This document shows positions 7,130-16,523 of a stretch of 33,137 nt of DNA, piece by piece (the first letter of the stretch is position 1; every line of letters starts with the position of its first letter). The stretch comes from a virus (taxonomy: Duplodnaviria; Caudoviricetes). The translations under genes and the position numbers were made by a program. Under the pieces are notes generated by a model, which was not told where the DNA came from, did no database searches, and worked only from the letters and a program-made list of their open reading frames with translations. Location of the stretch: the IMG/VR virus record IMGVR_UViG_3300035322_000174, positions 1-33,137 of that record. One strand, 5' to 3'.

Positions 7130-7694
7130 CAATAAAGAATGCAACATCCTTTTCGAAACTCTTGTCATAGTCGACTTCGACATATGGTACAACAGTAAAT
7201 TTGTCACTTACTTTATACTCTAATCCTGTAAAGGTTTGTAAGTGACTGTAACCTGCCTTACCTGAACTGTATGTTAGGTTGAATTGGGGCTCGAACGTAA
7301 TAAACGGCTTACCTCCAAAGACAGTAACGTTGCTTGGCTTATAACCAAACTGTGGACGATAACGTAAGACGTTATCTTTGCTTTCTCTGATACGATGTTC
7401 AATACGATGATTGTACCATAACGCACCTGATCGAAAGCCTTTCATTTGCGCTCTGAACCAATGTTCTTCACGCTCTCCTTTTTGTACATTCCTGTACTCT
7501 AATCTGTAAGGAGTTCCTGTAAAGTCCTTCCTTACGATTATTTGTGAAACATCTAAGTTGATGTTTTCTCTTATGCCTAATGTGAATCCGCTATCTGAGT
7601 GTTTAACAAAGGTGTTAGTTTCAACATAGTCAAAGTCTTCTGCATGAGCAAAAGTTGCTGTTAATAACAGCATTAATGATATAATAAATTTCAT
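7107..7694 (-). CDS. Putative outer-membrane beta-barrel protein
   Basis: Start moved to ATG 7694 (GGAG SD; TATAAATA at 7709-7716). Signal peptide ending FAHA, alternating amphipathic strands, HRIEHR and RYRPQFG segments, C-terminal VDFKFKL. Confidence 0.6.
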   Translation of the reverse strand: MKFIISLMLLLTATFAHAEDFDYVETNTFVKHSDSGFTLGIRENINLDVSQIIVRKDFTGTPYRLEYRNVQKGEREEHWFRAQMKGFRSGALWYNHRIEHRIRESKDNVLRYRPQFGYKPSNVTVFGGKPFITFEPQFNLTYSSGKAGYSHLQTFTGLEYKVSDKFTVVPYVEVDYDKSFEKDVAFFIVDFKFKL

Positions 7695-7708
7695 TTTAAT
7701 AGTCTCCA

Positions 7709-7738
7709 TATTTATAGGCCCTAATGAAAAGGCCTATA
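7709..7738 (-). promoter_or_regulatory. Full-consensus late promoter TATAAATA overlapped by a hairpin
   Basis: TATAAATA at 7709-7716; inverted repeat TATAGGCC-N10-GGCCTATA at 7713-7738. Confidence 0.6.
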
Positions 7739-7755
7739 TGATTAGTTTTTTATTT

Positions 7756-8811
7756 TTATAGTACGAGTGTTGCGCCGCCGGCGCCTACTAACAGTAGCAT
7801 CCATATTCCAAGAGCGTTGGCATACTTCCTCCACGGTGTACCAAAGTACATCTTACCAATCGCCATGCATTTATGCATAGGTGATACTAAGTATCCTGCA
7901 TAATCCAAAGCAAAGAACCATACAAAGTATTCAACTCCGTATACTAATGATAAGATTGTTGTGATAGCCGCAAATCTACTGCTTGATCCAAACGCAAAGG
8001 CTGAACCAAATGCAATAGCACTAAGGGTAATAAACCCTTGAGTAGTATTGATATCAAACGCTGAGTTTTCTAAGTATGCTTTAACAACGTCAGTGTATTC
8101 TCTTGCAAAGTTAGCCATTATGATAATAACAGCGACCCAAGCTATTAACCTAAAGTCAACAAAGCTCAGTAACTTTTTGTAATCCCATGTCATAGTTAAA
8201 ACCATGTAATAGAATAACAAACCGCCAAACACTAACCAAGGGTCTAAGCCTGCTATTGGTTTAAGTGCTAGTGCGATAGCAAATAAGAAAGGTACTACAT
8301 TTCTTAAAACGTTAGAAACTTTAAAATGAGTTTTTTGAATATTAAGTTCAATATCATCTTCTTTGATAAAGAACATTATATACGCAAATACTAATCCTAA
8401 AGATACAATTAACAGTGGCAGTAGTGAATATACTACAGCACCGTATGTAATACTAAATGCAGCCATCGGTATGAGAATTGTCTTCTCAAGTGGTGACCAC
8501 ACATAGTAGTGGTGTGTCGACAAGTAGTCGATGATGCCAAATTTTTCTCGTCCTTTTGTTCCTTTCGGAGGAGCGATAGTGTCTAGCATACCAGCTGATA
8601 TTGTCACACGACCAGATACTGGGAGAATACCTGTAAACGCACTCATCAATCCAACAATCACACGTTTAGATTTAAACACTTTTTGAATGTAAGCATAAGC
8701 GCCTGCAAACAAATTATGTTCTTTAATCAAACCTGCAATCATCATAATGAACGCAATAAACAGTAGGTATTCTTGCCCCTTGTACAGCAAGTGTAAGTTT
8801 TCCAAGGTCAT
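7756..8811 (-). CDS. Polytopic inner-membrane protein, probable secondary (ion-transporter-like) transporter
   Basis: About 10 hydrophobic segments, with helix-break motifs GILPVSGR, HHYYVWSPLE, FGSSSRF and YLVSPMHKC in two repeated halves. Substrate unknown. Confidence 0.55.
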   Translation of the reverse strand: MTLENLHLLYKGQEYLLFIAFIMMIAGLIKEHNLFAGAYAYIQKVFKSKRVIVGLMSAFTGILPVSGRVTISAGMLDTIAPPKGTKGREKFGIIDYLSTHHYYVWSPLEKTILIPMAAFSITYGAVVYSLLPLLIVSLGLVFAYIMFFIKEDDIELNIQKTHFKVSNVLRNVVPFLFAIALALKPIAGLDPWLVFGGLLFYYMVLTMTWDYKKLLSFVDFRLIAWVAVIIIMANFAREYTDVVKAYLENSAFDINTTQGFITLSAIAFGSAFAFGSSSRFAAITTILSLVYGVEYFVWFFALDYAGYLVSPMHKCMAIGKMYFGTPWRKYANALGIWMLLLVGAGGATLVL

Positions 8812-8820
8812 TTTTATCTC

Positions 8821-9933
8821 CTAATTACCTATTGTGTGAGACTCATAAACCTGATTATGAGTTTGTGTACAACGAACAAACGTTGTACATTTTGCTAGTT
8901 GTTTTAGTTTCATTGCACCTGCATAGGTACATGTACTACGCACACCGCCAAGGATCTCTTGCACTGTTCGGGCAACTTCTCCTTTGTAAGGCACTAACAC
9001 TGTGCGTCCTTCTGATGAACGATAATCTTTCAGTCCACCAAAATGTTTGTCGTTTGCACTAGTACTACTCATACCGTAGAACTGTACAAACTGTTTTGTT
9101 TCTTTTACATAACTTCCGGTTGCTCCCGAAGGTATTATTTCATTCGTAGCGTAAGTCTTTGTAATTACTTCGCCGCCACCTTCATCGTGTCCGGCAAGCA
9201 TTCCACCTAGCATTACGAAATCAGCACCTCCAGCAAATGCTTTAGCCACATCCCCAGGAGTAGTACAACCACCATCAGCGATAATATGACCGCCAAGGCC
9301 ATGAGCGGCGTCTGCGCATTCAATAACAGCTGATAGCTGAGGATAACCAACCCCAGTTTGTATACGAGTAGTGCAAACACTACCAGGACCAATACCAACT
9401 TTAATAATATCCGCTCCAGCAAGAATAAGTTCCTCCGTCATTTCTCTTGTTACAACATTTCCAGCAATAATAGTTAAGTTTGGAAACTGATCTCGTACTT
9501 TCCGTACTCTTGCTGCAAAATGATCACTATAGCCATTTGCAATGTCCATACATACATATTGTAATTGATCATATACTTGTGCTTGTACGTCAACTAACTT
9601 TAAAAAGTCCGCATCGCTTGAACCTATACTCATAGCAACATTATTTGTACGCTCTGATATGTCACTACCAAAGTACTCTACAAGTTCCTCTACTGAATAT
9701 GTTTTAACTAAACATGTAAAGATATTGCCTTCGGCAAGTTTATCTGCCATTTCAAATGTACCAACACCGTCCATGTTACTTGCCATAATAGGCACGCCTT
9801 GGTAGTCTATTTTACTGTTACGAAAACTAAACTTTCGTTCTAGTGTTACTTGACTACGACTTTTTAGTGTACTACGTTTAGGACGAATAAGAACATCCTT
9901 GTAGTCTAGTTTCATATCTTCTTCGATACGCAT
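8821..9933 (-). CDS. guaC: GMP reductase
   Basis: [67 protein letters not shown]. Confidence 0.96.
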   Translation of the reverse strand: MRIEEDMKLDYKDVLIRPKRSTLKSRSQVTLERKFSFRNSKIDYQGVPIMASNMDGVGTFEMADKLAEGNIFTCLVKTYSVEELVEYFGSDISERTNNVAMSIGSSDADFLKLVDVQAQVYDQLQYVCMDIANGYSDHFAARVRKVRDQFPNLTIIAGNVVTREMTEELILAGADIIKVGIGPGSVCTTRIQTGVGYPQLSAVIECADAAHGLGGHIIADGGCTTPGDVAKAFAGGADFVMLGGMLAGHDEGGGEVITKTYATNEIIPSGATGSYVKETKQFVQFYGMSSTSANDKHFGGLKDYRSSEGRTVLVPYKGEVARTVQEILGGVRSTCTYAGAMKLKQLAKCTTFVRCTQTHNQVYESHTIGN

Positions 9934-10511
9934 TACTTCACTTCTCCATAGTTAAATGATATTGAAAGTCTGTCACGCCGTGACGTGTTGCCTTGTACTG
10001 AATGTTTAAGCCAACTAGGAAAGACATATAGTGCATTAGTCTTTGAAGCATAACTTGCTCTTGTGCTTGTAAAGTATGTGTGTTTTTCTACATCAAGAGG
10101 CATGTGATAATCTGCATTATCGCTTCTTTCAAACTGTATGTTTCCTTGAGAAGGGTCTGCTTCAATGTAGTACACACCACTTAGTACACTTCCTACGTGA
10201 TTGTGCAAGTCATTGTAAGCACCCGGTGGGTTGATGTTTATCCAAACATTGTAAAGTTCTAAAGGTTTTAGACCAACTTGATTAGCACAGAAGTTTACTT
10301 CTTCTGTGATAGTATCCATAAGCCTATCAAGTGCTTTAGACTCACCTGCTTTTAGATTAGGACTTTGATATCCGCCGTAGTTGCTTAGAACTTGTGTTGG
10401 TACATCTTTCTTTAACTCATAAGCATATGCTTTTAAGTCTTCGTTCTTACCAACATGAATCATTGAGCTCCAGACAACACTAGGGAACCACAACTCTGTG
10501 TGCATCGCCAT
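9933..10511 (-). CDS. 2OG-Fe(II) oxygenase-like protein (phage HxH...H family)
   Basis: [38 protein letters not shown]. Confidence 0.85.
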   Translation of the reverse strand: MAMHTELWFPSVVWSSMIHVGKNEDLKAYAYELKKDVPTQVLSNYGGYQSPNLKAGESKALDRLMDTITEEVNFCANQVGLKPLELYNVWININPPGAYNDLHNHVGSVLSGVYYIEADPSQGNIQFERSDNADYHMPLDVEKHTYFTSTRASYASKTNALYVFPSWLKHSVQGNTSRRDRLSISFNYGEVK

Positions 10512-10512
10512 T

Positions 10513-10794
10513 CTAGAATCCTAAGTCGTTTTTTCTCTTGGCTAGGTTTTTCTTATGCCTATTGATTGCCGCTTTCTTTTTACGGTTACGCTTTTCGCAG
10601 GGCTTTTCGTAATACTCTCTTTCACGTACTTCTTGAATAATACCTGCTTCTTGTACTTTCTTCTTAAAGATTCTAAGAGCTTTGGTAACATCATTGTTAC
10701 GCACTTCTACAGTAAGACCTTTAGGTTGTTCTTTAGGTTTACTATCCCAACGCTTGCCGCTGTTGAAGTTATTAAATTTATTATTTCTTGGCAC
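10513..10794 (-). CDS. rpsU: Ribosomal protein bS21 with N-terminal extension
   Basis: VEVRNNDVTKALRIFKKKVQEAGIIQEVREREYYEKPCEKR; GTG start with AAGGAG SD. Confidence 0.93.
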   Translation of the reverse strand: MPRNNKFNNFNSGKRWDSKPKEQPKGLTVEVRNNDVTKALRIFKKKVQEAGIIQEVREREYYEKPCEKRNRKKKAAINRHKKNLAKRKNDLGF

Positions 10795-11170
10795 TAAGTT
10801 CTCCTTCCTTTAGTTGTTGTAAGTCGTATATTCGATTCAAACTTAATTTATTATACACTGTTTCTACCGCATTTGTCAACCAATAAGTATTGGTTTGAGA
10901 TATAATATACGATGCAAGATCTCTTACTTGAGCATCGCATTGATCGAGGTCCATAATAGTCTTATCACACATTTTAACTAAAGTAAGAAGCCAATCTAAA
11001 TCATGGTCATGTGCAGGCTGTGAGTAGATATACAAGTTAAAACTTATATTCCAATCTTGTATTATTGTTTGAAATTCTTCTTTTAAGTCTGCACTTGGAT
11101 ATATCAACAGTATGTTAGGATCACTATTATGCAATATATCCGGTGGAGTAATTACTTTGATTTGAGGCAT
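10781..11170 (-). CDS. Hypothetical protein
   Basis: 129-aa ORF packed between neighbours; no motif recognised. Confidence 0.7.
   Translation of the reverse strand: MPQIKVITPPDILHNSDPNILLIYPSADLKEEFQTIIQDWNISFNLYIYSQPAHDHDLDWLLTLVKMCDKTIMDLDQCDAQVRDLASYIISQTNTYWLTNAVETVYNKLSLNRIYDLQQLKEGELSAKK
10850..10879 (-). promoter_or_regulatory. Sigma70-like promoter for rpsU-oxygenase-guaC, inside the upstream ORF
   Basis: Perfect TTGACA-N18-TATAAT, 56 nt upstream of the rpsU start. Confidence 0.7.
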
Positions 11171-11173
11171 GTA

Positions 11174-12889
11174 TTATTTTTTCAACCGTTTCCAAATAGT
11201 ATCGTCTGATTGTTCGCCGTTCTGCACGTACCCTTCTTCGTCTGGTACCCACGGTAACTTGTCAATCCTACCTTGTATATATAAAGTTTTCCAACTCTTA
11301 AGGTTCTCGTCTGGATTATCTAGTTTCCATTGACGTTTGCGTTCGGCTATAGATGCATCTGCCTCAAGTGCATCTATGTGTTCACGTCTTTGTTGTTCTG
11401 CTTGTGTTTGACTTGCTTTAAGTCTTAGGTCTTTTTTTTTAGATTCTTCTATTTCGTTTCCGTAGAAGAATGCATTTTTTGTATCTGGGTAGTTTGTACC
11501 TTCATCAGGCTGTACTTCGTCTTGTTCCACTTGTACATCTGTTCCATCTGCATCGGTAGTATCATCTTCTGGTACCACGTCTCCCACAGACTCATCTGTA
11601 TCAACAGGATCTGGTTCAACATCCTCTGGCTCCTCTGGCTTGGCAGGTTCTACTTCGAAGCCTGGATTGGCCGCAATCATTTCTGCTCTCATTCTTTCGT
11701 AATCTTTCCACTCTTCTTTGTCGAGCTCAGGCTTACGTTTTCTATTCCATTCGAATGTGTATTGACTTGCAATTAGTAATAGAACAGCCAGTGGATCAAA
11801 TACAAATATAATTGTAATAATAACCCAACGCACCGCTTCTTCTAATAAGTTTTTATTTGCTTGTTCGCCATATACAAATTCAGCAATGTATTTGATAGGT
11901 CCTACTTCTGCTTCTAGTTTTCTATACTCTGATTGTAGTTCAAATTTCTGATCAGTAAGTGTTTCTATTTCTACATTTGCTGTGCGAACTCTTTCGAACT
12001 GTTCGTCTAGCAATTCATCAAGGTTAACATCATCTGTGCCTAACTTACTTCTTAGTCTATTAATAAGTTCATTAGACTGTGCAATATTTTCTTCTGCTAC
12101 AGTTCTTAATCTTTTAATTTCATCACGTGCCGCTACTACTGTAGGCGAGTTAGCAGACTCTTGTATCTTTGTTACCCACTCTGCACGTTCTTGTTTCTTT
12201 GCTTCTTTCCAGTCGCCGATCTTTTCTGCTGTCTTTTTACCAAAGATCCCATCAGCACTAGCACCGATCATTTGTTGTGCTTTTTTAACTTCGCCGTTGT
12301 CTACATAACCCTGTAGAGTTTCTAGGTCTGCATCAATTTTATCTAATTCGTTTTGGAACAGTTGTGTTACATTTGCAATAATTGCATTCTGTTCGTCAAT
12401 AGCAGGTTGTATACGATCGTATGCTGTGTCAATACGATCTTGCTCTTTATCAATTTGTTCTTGTATTTGTGTGTCGTTATTAAATGTACTAGATTCTAAT
12501 TCTCTAATCTTATTTTCAGCACGACCAATTTGACCAATGTATCTTGTAATCTCATCATCAATACGTTCTATCTGTGCAACGCTTTCTTCACCTGCACTAG
12601 TTTGTTCGATGTGTGCTTTAGATAGGAAACCAAAGATACCCATACTTGTTATAAGCATGAGAACGAAAACCGCAGAGGCAAGATAAGTTCTTAACCACCA
12701 AGCGGCCTTACTCCAATGTTTGTGTAACCAGACAGCGGTCACAAGTTTACCAACCTCTAGCACACCACCCATGATCATAATTGGGATAGCGGCGGCTGCG
12801 AATATAGCAACCAGTCCTGCTACAGAATAGTAAATTGCCACGGCCGATATTGCAAGGGCCGTGATTAGTGTTAGTATGCCTAGTAACAT
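11174..12889 (-). CDS. Membrane-anchored coiled-coil protein with peptidoglycan-binding motif
   Basis: Start moved to ATG 12889 (GAGGG SD; TAAATA at 12906-12911). Three N-terminal TM helices, long coiled coil, AQQMIGASADGIFGKKT (PG-binding DGxxGxxT), a further TM helix (IIFVFDPLAVLLLIA) and an acidic tail. Confidence 0.7.
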   Translation of the reverse strand: MLLGILTLITALAISAVAIYYSVAGLVAIFAAAAIPIMIMGGVLEVGKLVTAVWLHKHWSKAAWWLRTYLASAVFVLMLITSMGIFGFLSKAHIEQTSAGEESVAQIERIDDEITRYIGQIGRAENKIRELESSTFNNDTQIQEQIDKEQDRIDTAYDRIQPAIDEQNAIIANVTQLFQNELDKIDADLETLQGYVDNGEVKKAQQMIGASADGIFGKKTAEKIGDWKEAKKQERAEWVTKIQESANSPTVVAARDEIKRLRTVAEENIAQSNELINRLRSKLGTDDVNLDELLDEQFERVRTANVEIETLTDQKFELQSEYRKLEAEVGPIKYIAEFVYGEQANKNLLEEAVRWVIITIIFVFDPLAVLLLIASQYTFEWNRKRKPELDKEEWKDYERMRAEMIAANPGFEVEPAKPEEPEDVEPDPVDTDESVGDVVPEDDTTDADGTDVQVEQDEVQPDEGTNYPDTKNAFFYGNEIEESKKKDLRLKASQTQAEQQRREHIDALEADASIAERKRQWKLDNPDENLKSWKTLYIQGRIDKLPWVPDEEGYVQNGEQSDDTIWKRLKK

Positions 12890-12914
12890 TGTATTTCCCT
12901 CTATGTATTTATCG

Positions 12915-13358
12915 TTATTTTCGGACAAAATGCCACCTTGCATCGTCAAGATGCTTTTTACATACAGTTTCTTCAAAGTGTCGTGAACGACCTTTTACAG
13001 TTACTTGACTATAAATTATTCTACAAAATCCTCTACCTTGCGGATATCCGTGTACAGCCTTAACATGACCCATTGCATTACGTTCGTACCAACTAATAAC
13101 CTTGCCGTAGTCGCTGTCTAACGCCGTATAAAAGGCGGCTGTTTGTTTTTGCTTCTGTTGCTTGTCTAGTCCGTACTTACTTGTAATATACAAGCCGTTT
13201 ACAACATCAACCATAACACTTGCGCCACTGGTTGGACTTTTAACAGCAGGAACTTCTACAGCTCTAGTCTGATAAGGCGTAGTTGTTGAACACGCCCCTA
13301 GACTAATTATGGTTGCCGTTAATATTAATGATTTCAGTGCTACCGTCAAGTTTCTCAC
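12915..13358 (-). CDS. Lipoprotein (surface-antigen-like C-terminal domain)
   Basis: Lipobox LGAC; W...G-x-V...CR...C...W pattern. Confidence 0.65.
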   Translation of the reverse strand: MRNLTVALKSLILTATIISLGACSTTTPYQTRAVEVPAVKSPTSGASVMVDVVNGLYITSKYGLDKQQKQKQTAAFYTALDSDYGKVISWYERNAMGHVKAVHGYPQGRGFCRIIYSQVTVKGRSRHFEETVCKKHLDDARWHFVRK

Positions 13359-13635
13359 AATACACTCCTCTAGTAGGAATTACCTTCCCGTTTCTAAATT
13401 CATTATACCAAAACTCTTTACACCCTGCATCAATACCTGCACGTTGTATAGCAACCTGTTGTCCTGGGCTATCTGTACAAGAATGAGTTGCGTCACTTGA
13501 TACTTGTTCTCCATCTTTTAGGTGAACAGTTTCTTCAGTGTAACAGTATGGCGCCTTGTAGTCAAAGTAGTCGGGTGTTGATGTACACCCTACACTACTA
13601 ATTACTACTATTGTCAGCAATAGATACTTGACCAT
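13303..13635 (-). CDS. Cys-rich lipoprotein
   Basis: Lipobox SVGC and four further cysteines. Confidence 0.65.
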   Translation of the reverse strand: MVKYLLLTIVVISSVGCTSTPDYFDYKAPYCYTEETVHLKDGEQVSSDATHSCTDSPGQQVAIQRAGIDAGCKEFWYNEFRNGKVIPTRGVYCEKLDGSTEIININGNHN

Positions 13636-14113
13636 TCTTTGCCTCCTGAATCAAGCGATCAAAAGTTTCAAGTGGCATTTTAATTCTTACATATGTATGA
13701 ATGTTGCCGGTAGATGCAAGTTGGTAAGACTTCTTCTTAACTTCAAGATGCTCTCTAATAACAGTATCTTCAACTGAGTGTCTTACAAACGTTCTAGTTG
13801 TACGACTGTTATCTTTGATGTCTACTTCTGTGAAACTATTTACAGTACCGTTAATGCGTTCTGCATAACCTTTTACAGCGAAACTATATGCTTGTGATTC
13901 ACTTGCTTGTTCGTACATGCTTTCGCCCATACCGCAAGCATACGCATAGTCAGTTTTCCAAAACAAGAATCCTTCAGAGCCAATTTGCTCACAGTCTTCG
14001 TACCACTTAGGGTTTGCTTTAGTTTCTCTAATATCAATAGTCGTCATCGAACTACATGCTCCAAGTGTCAGAATGACACCTGCGATTGTAGCCGCTTTAA
14101 ACATATTCTTCAT
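13598..14113 (-). CDS. Lipoprotein, LPP20-like
   Basis: Start ATG 14113 with GGAGG SD; lipobox LGAC; PKWY, YACGMGES, AERING. Confidence 0.65.
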   Translation of the reverse strand: MKNMFKAATIAGVILTLGACSSMTTIDIRETKANPKWYEDCEQIGSEGFLFWKTDYAYACGMGESMYEQASESQAYSFAVKGYAERINGTVNSFTEVDIKDNSRTTRTFVRHSVEDTVIREHLEVKKKSYQLASTGNIHTYVRIKMPLETFDRLIQEAKNGQVSIADNSSN

Positions 14114-14147
14114 TTTAGCCTCCAATTAGCCTATTCATTAAGTTTAT

Positions 14148-14176
14148 AGTATAAGTTCAAATTAAAAGAATGTCAA
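14148..14176 (-). promoter_or_regulatory. Sigma70-like promoter for the lipoprotein trio
   Basis: TTGACA-N17-TATACT. Confidence 0.75.
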
Positions 14177-14182
14177 CCACTT

Positions 14183-14752
14183 TTATGGCCAACGGTAAAA
14201 GATGTGTTGTCCGATACGTCCTACTATATCTAAAGTAGGTGCCCACTTAGGTGAAACATAGGTTGCATGATAGTGTGTTGCACCTTCGGTGATGCCTCTA
14301 TATTTGCCTTCGTACACAAGTCGATATGCTATTTCTTGTGATTGCATCCAACTATCTACGTTGTGTGTTGCATCACTACGACCATCACACCACCAACTGA
14401 ACTGGCACTTATTACGAACAGGATTGTACTTACGCTCGCTTTCGTGTAGGTCAGCATGTTGGCGAGTCTTCCAACTCTCTTTTACTGGTCCTTGTTTAAC
14501 TACATCACAGATAGTGTTTGGATAACGTATATCGTTAACACGATTAAGAACAACATCAGCAACAGCATATTGTCCTGCAATATGATCTGCTCTTGCTTCG
14601 TGATAAATGTTAATTGCTAAACAGTACAGCTCTGGTGCTTCTGTTTGTGTATACATTTCTCCTGGAATAGGATCTTGAAATGTTGAACTTGCCGCATGTG
14701 CTGACAAGAATATTGTTGCAATAAATGTTAATGATTGAATAACCCGTTTCAT
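14183..14752 (-). CDS. Cell-wall hydrolase, SleB/Hydrolase_2 family
   Basis: CLAINIYHEAR (catalytic Glu), VADVVLNRV, YPNTICDVVKQ, CQFSWWCDG, GATHYHATYVSPKWA, IGQHIFY; N-terminal signal peptide. Confidence 0.92.
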   Translation of the reverse strand: MKRVIQSLTFIATIFLSAHAASSTFQDPIPGEMYTQTEAPELYCLAINIYHEARADHIAGQYAVADVVLNRVNDIRYPNTICDVVKQGPVKESWKTRQHADLHESERKYNPVRNKCQFSWWCDGRSDATHNVDSWMQSQEIAYRLVYEGKYRGITEGATHYHATYVSPKWAPTLDIVGRIGQHIFYRWP

Positions 14753-14754
14753 AC

Positions 14755-15207
14755 TTACCTCCGCATCTTTGCAATTTCTTCTGCCTGTTTAGTGCCACGC
14801 ATAACAGGAACAGCATTTGACTTATGCATTGTAGCAATACCTACAATAAGATCACCTGTATACTTTGGTGACTCTTTCTTAGTACCACCCGAACAACCTC
14901 TATTAAATGTACCGTTCTTGATTGCTTCTTCCATTGCAGAAGGAATCTTTGGTTGCTCTCTACGCCACGATGTATCTGGTGTGTACGTGCCTCTACTTTT
15001 TACAGGGGCTTTGTATTCACCTCGAACATACGAAATGTAGTCGTCTACTGTGTCGTACTGTAATGAGTGATTGTTTGCTCGACGCATTGCTTTGTTGTGC
15101 TTGCGCCATTCGATAGTATACCTTTCGATATCTTTCTGTGTTAGAGGCTTTTTCTTACGCTTCTTAGTACTGATGGTACTAAGGCCTCTAGCTAAATGCA
15201 TTGTCAT
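14755..15207 (-). CDS. Basic hypothetical phage protein
   Basis: ORF with C-terminal GIATMHKSNAVPV, a motif I recall from T4-like phage hypotheticals; it has its own promoter. Confidence 0.7.
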   Translation of the reverse strand: MTMHLARGLSTISTKKRKKKPLTQKDIERYTIEWRKHNKAMRRANNHSLQYDTVDDYISYVRGEYKAPVKSRGTYTPDTSWRREQPKIPSAMEEAIKNGTFNRGCSGGTKKESPKYTGDLIVGIATMHKSNAVPVMRGTKQAEEIAKMRR

Positions 15208-15237
15208 GTGCCTACTCCGTGCCTATATTATTGTTAT

Positions 15238-15266
15238 ACTATAGCACGGAATAGACGTTATGTCAA
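15238..15266 (-). promoter_or_regulatory. Sigma70-like promoter
   Basis: TTGACA-N17-TATAGT. Confidence 0.7.
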
Positions 15267-15269
15267 CCT

Positions 15270-15737
15270 TTATTTTGTCATCTTAGCGACAGCGGCATCA
15301 TAGTCTTCACGACTTACTACACCTTCACGCAATAACTTATCTCTATTAACTAGATGTTTTGCCGCAATCTCTTCTTTGCTTCCGCCAAAGTATGCTACAG
15401 CATGTCCCTCTTCAACAAGTATTTCAGTGACTCTTCTGCCGTCAATAAGGAAGTCTCCAAGGATTCTTCCGAACTTGCCTTTTTTGTCTTCTCCGCTACG
15501 ATCAATTTCTGTTTTAAGTATTTGGATTGATCCAATTGGTAGCATGTCTTTAAGTCTTGCTTTAGATGCCAGTCCAAATGTTTTCTCTACTTTGTCTCTT
15601 GTTCTTGATTCAGGAGTATCAATTCCCATTATACGAACACGTTCTCTGTGCATCCATATACCAAACCCTAAATCGATATCTATATCAACAGTGTCTCCGT
15701 CTACTATACGCAACACCTTACATTTATATTCGTACAT
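15270..15737 (-). CDS. Thermonuclease (SNase-like) family nuclease
   Basis: RIVDGDTVD, RVRIMGIDTPES, KGKFGRILG, EGHA; TAAATA at 15770-15775. Confidence 0.9.
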   Translation of the reverse strand: MYEYKCKVLRIVDGDTVDIDIDLGFGIWMHRERVRIMGIDTPESRTRDKVEKTFGLASKARLKDMLPIGSIQILKTEIDRSGEDKKGKFGRILGDFLIDGRRVTEILVEEGHAVAYFGGSKEEIAAKHLVNRDKLLREGVVSREDYDAAVAKMTK

Positions 15738-15780
15738 ACTTGCCCTCTCTTATAATTATATGCCCGTATTATTTAGTCAT

Positions 15781-15805
15781 AAAAAAAGGTGCATCAAGCA
15801 CCTTT
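15781..15805 (-). terminator. Intrinsic terminator
   Basis: AAAGGTGC-TTGAT-GCACCTTT running into T7 on the minus strand, after the barrel gene. Confidence 0.85.
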
Positions 15806-15832
15806 CCTTATCAAATAGATATTTGTACTAAG

Positions 15833-16432
15833 TTATAACTTAATATTAAAGCCCACTACAAACTCTCTATCTGTGCTATCAAAATCGTCATCCATTTTAG
15901 TTAGGATCTGAGCATTAAGCTCGACTCTTTCATTAATAGCCATTCTAGCACCAACAGCTGCATAACTGTCTTGTGCGTCAAAGTCTAAGAAGTCACCTTC
16001 TAATGAGCTAACATCGTAGCCTACTTCAACATATGGTGTTACACCAAATACCGGTGCTTCAATACCTACATATGGACTTAATACTAATCTGTCATTGGCA
16101 AATGAATCACCAAAGTCATAGTGTGCTTCTGCAACACCATAAACATTTAGATTAAGTAATGTAAGGTCAGCTCTTTTAGATAGATTCAATCTGTAATCAT
16201 CTGTGGAGCCGTTGCTAATAACTTGTAAGCCAAGATTAGCTACTGGGCCATTAACGCCCAATGAGAACACATCTGCTCCGTCTGCGAAGTCAGCGTGAGT
16301 TCCTGTTGCGTAGCCGAAAGATAAATCTCCCTGTACAGCCGTTACGCTTACGCCAGTTTTGTCGAAGTCATCGGCAAATGCTGGTGCAGCCATAAAGGTT
16401 GCTGCTACTATTGATAATAATAGTTTTTTCAT
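15833..16432 (-). CDS. Putative outer-membrane beta-barrel (porin-like) protein
   Basis: Signal peptide MKKLLLSIVAATFMAAPAFA; amphipathic strands (SPYVG, TPYVEVGY); C-terminal VGFNIKL. Confidence 0.65.
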   Translation of the reverse strand: MKKLLLSIVAATFMAAPAFADDFDKTGVSVTAVQGDLSFGYATGTHADFADGADVFSLGVNGPVANLGLQVISNGSTDDYRLNLSKRADLTLLNLNVYGVAEAHYDFGDSFANDRLVLSPYVGIEAPVFGVTPYVEVGYDVSSLEGDFLDFDAQDSYAAVGARMAINERVELNAQILTKMDDDFDSTDREFVVGFNIKL

Positions 16433-16453
16433 AAAACATCCTTTTTATATTAT

Positions 16454-16492
16454 TTTGCGTTTAGGTCATACCACACGCAAAGATTATTTATA
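16454..16492 (-). promoter_or_regulatory. Late promoter TATAAATA plus 5' leader hairpin
   Basis: TATAAATA at 16485-16492; TTTGCGT...ACGCAAA stem at 16454-16481. Confidence 0.65.
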
Positions 16493-16523
16493 CAATCAAA
16501 CAAAATCAGTTTCCTATTTTTGG

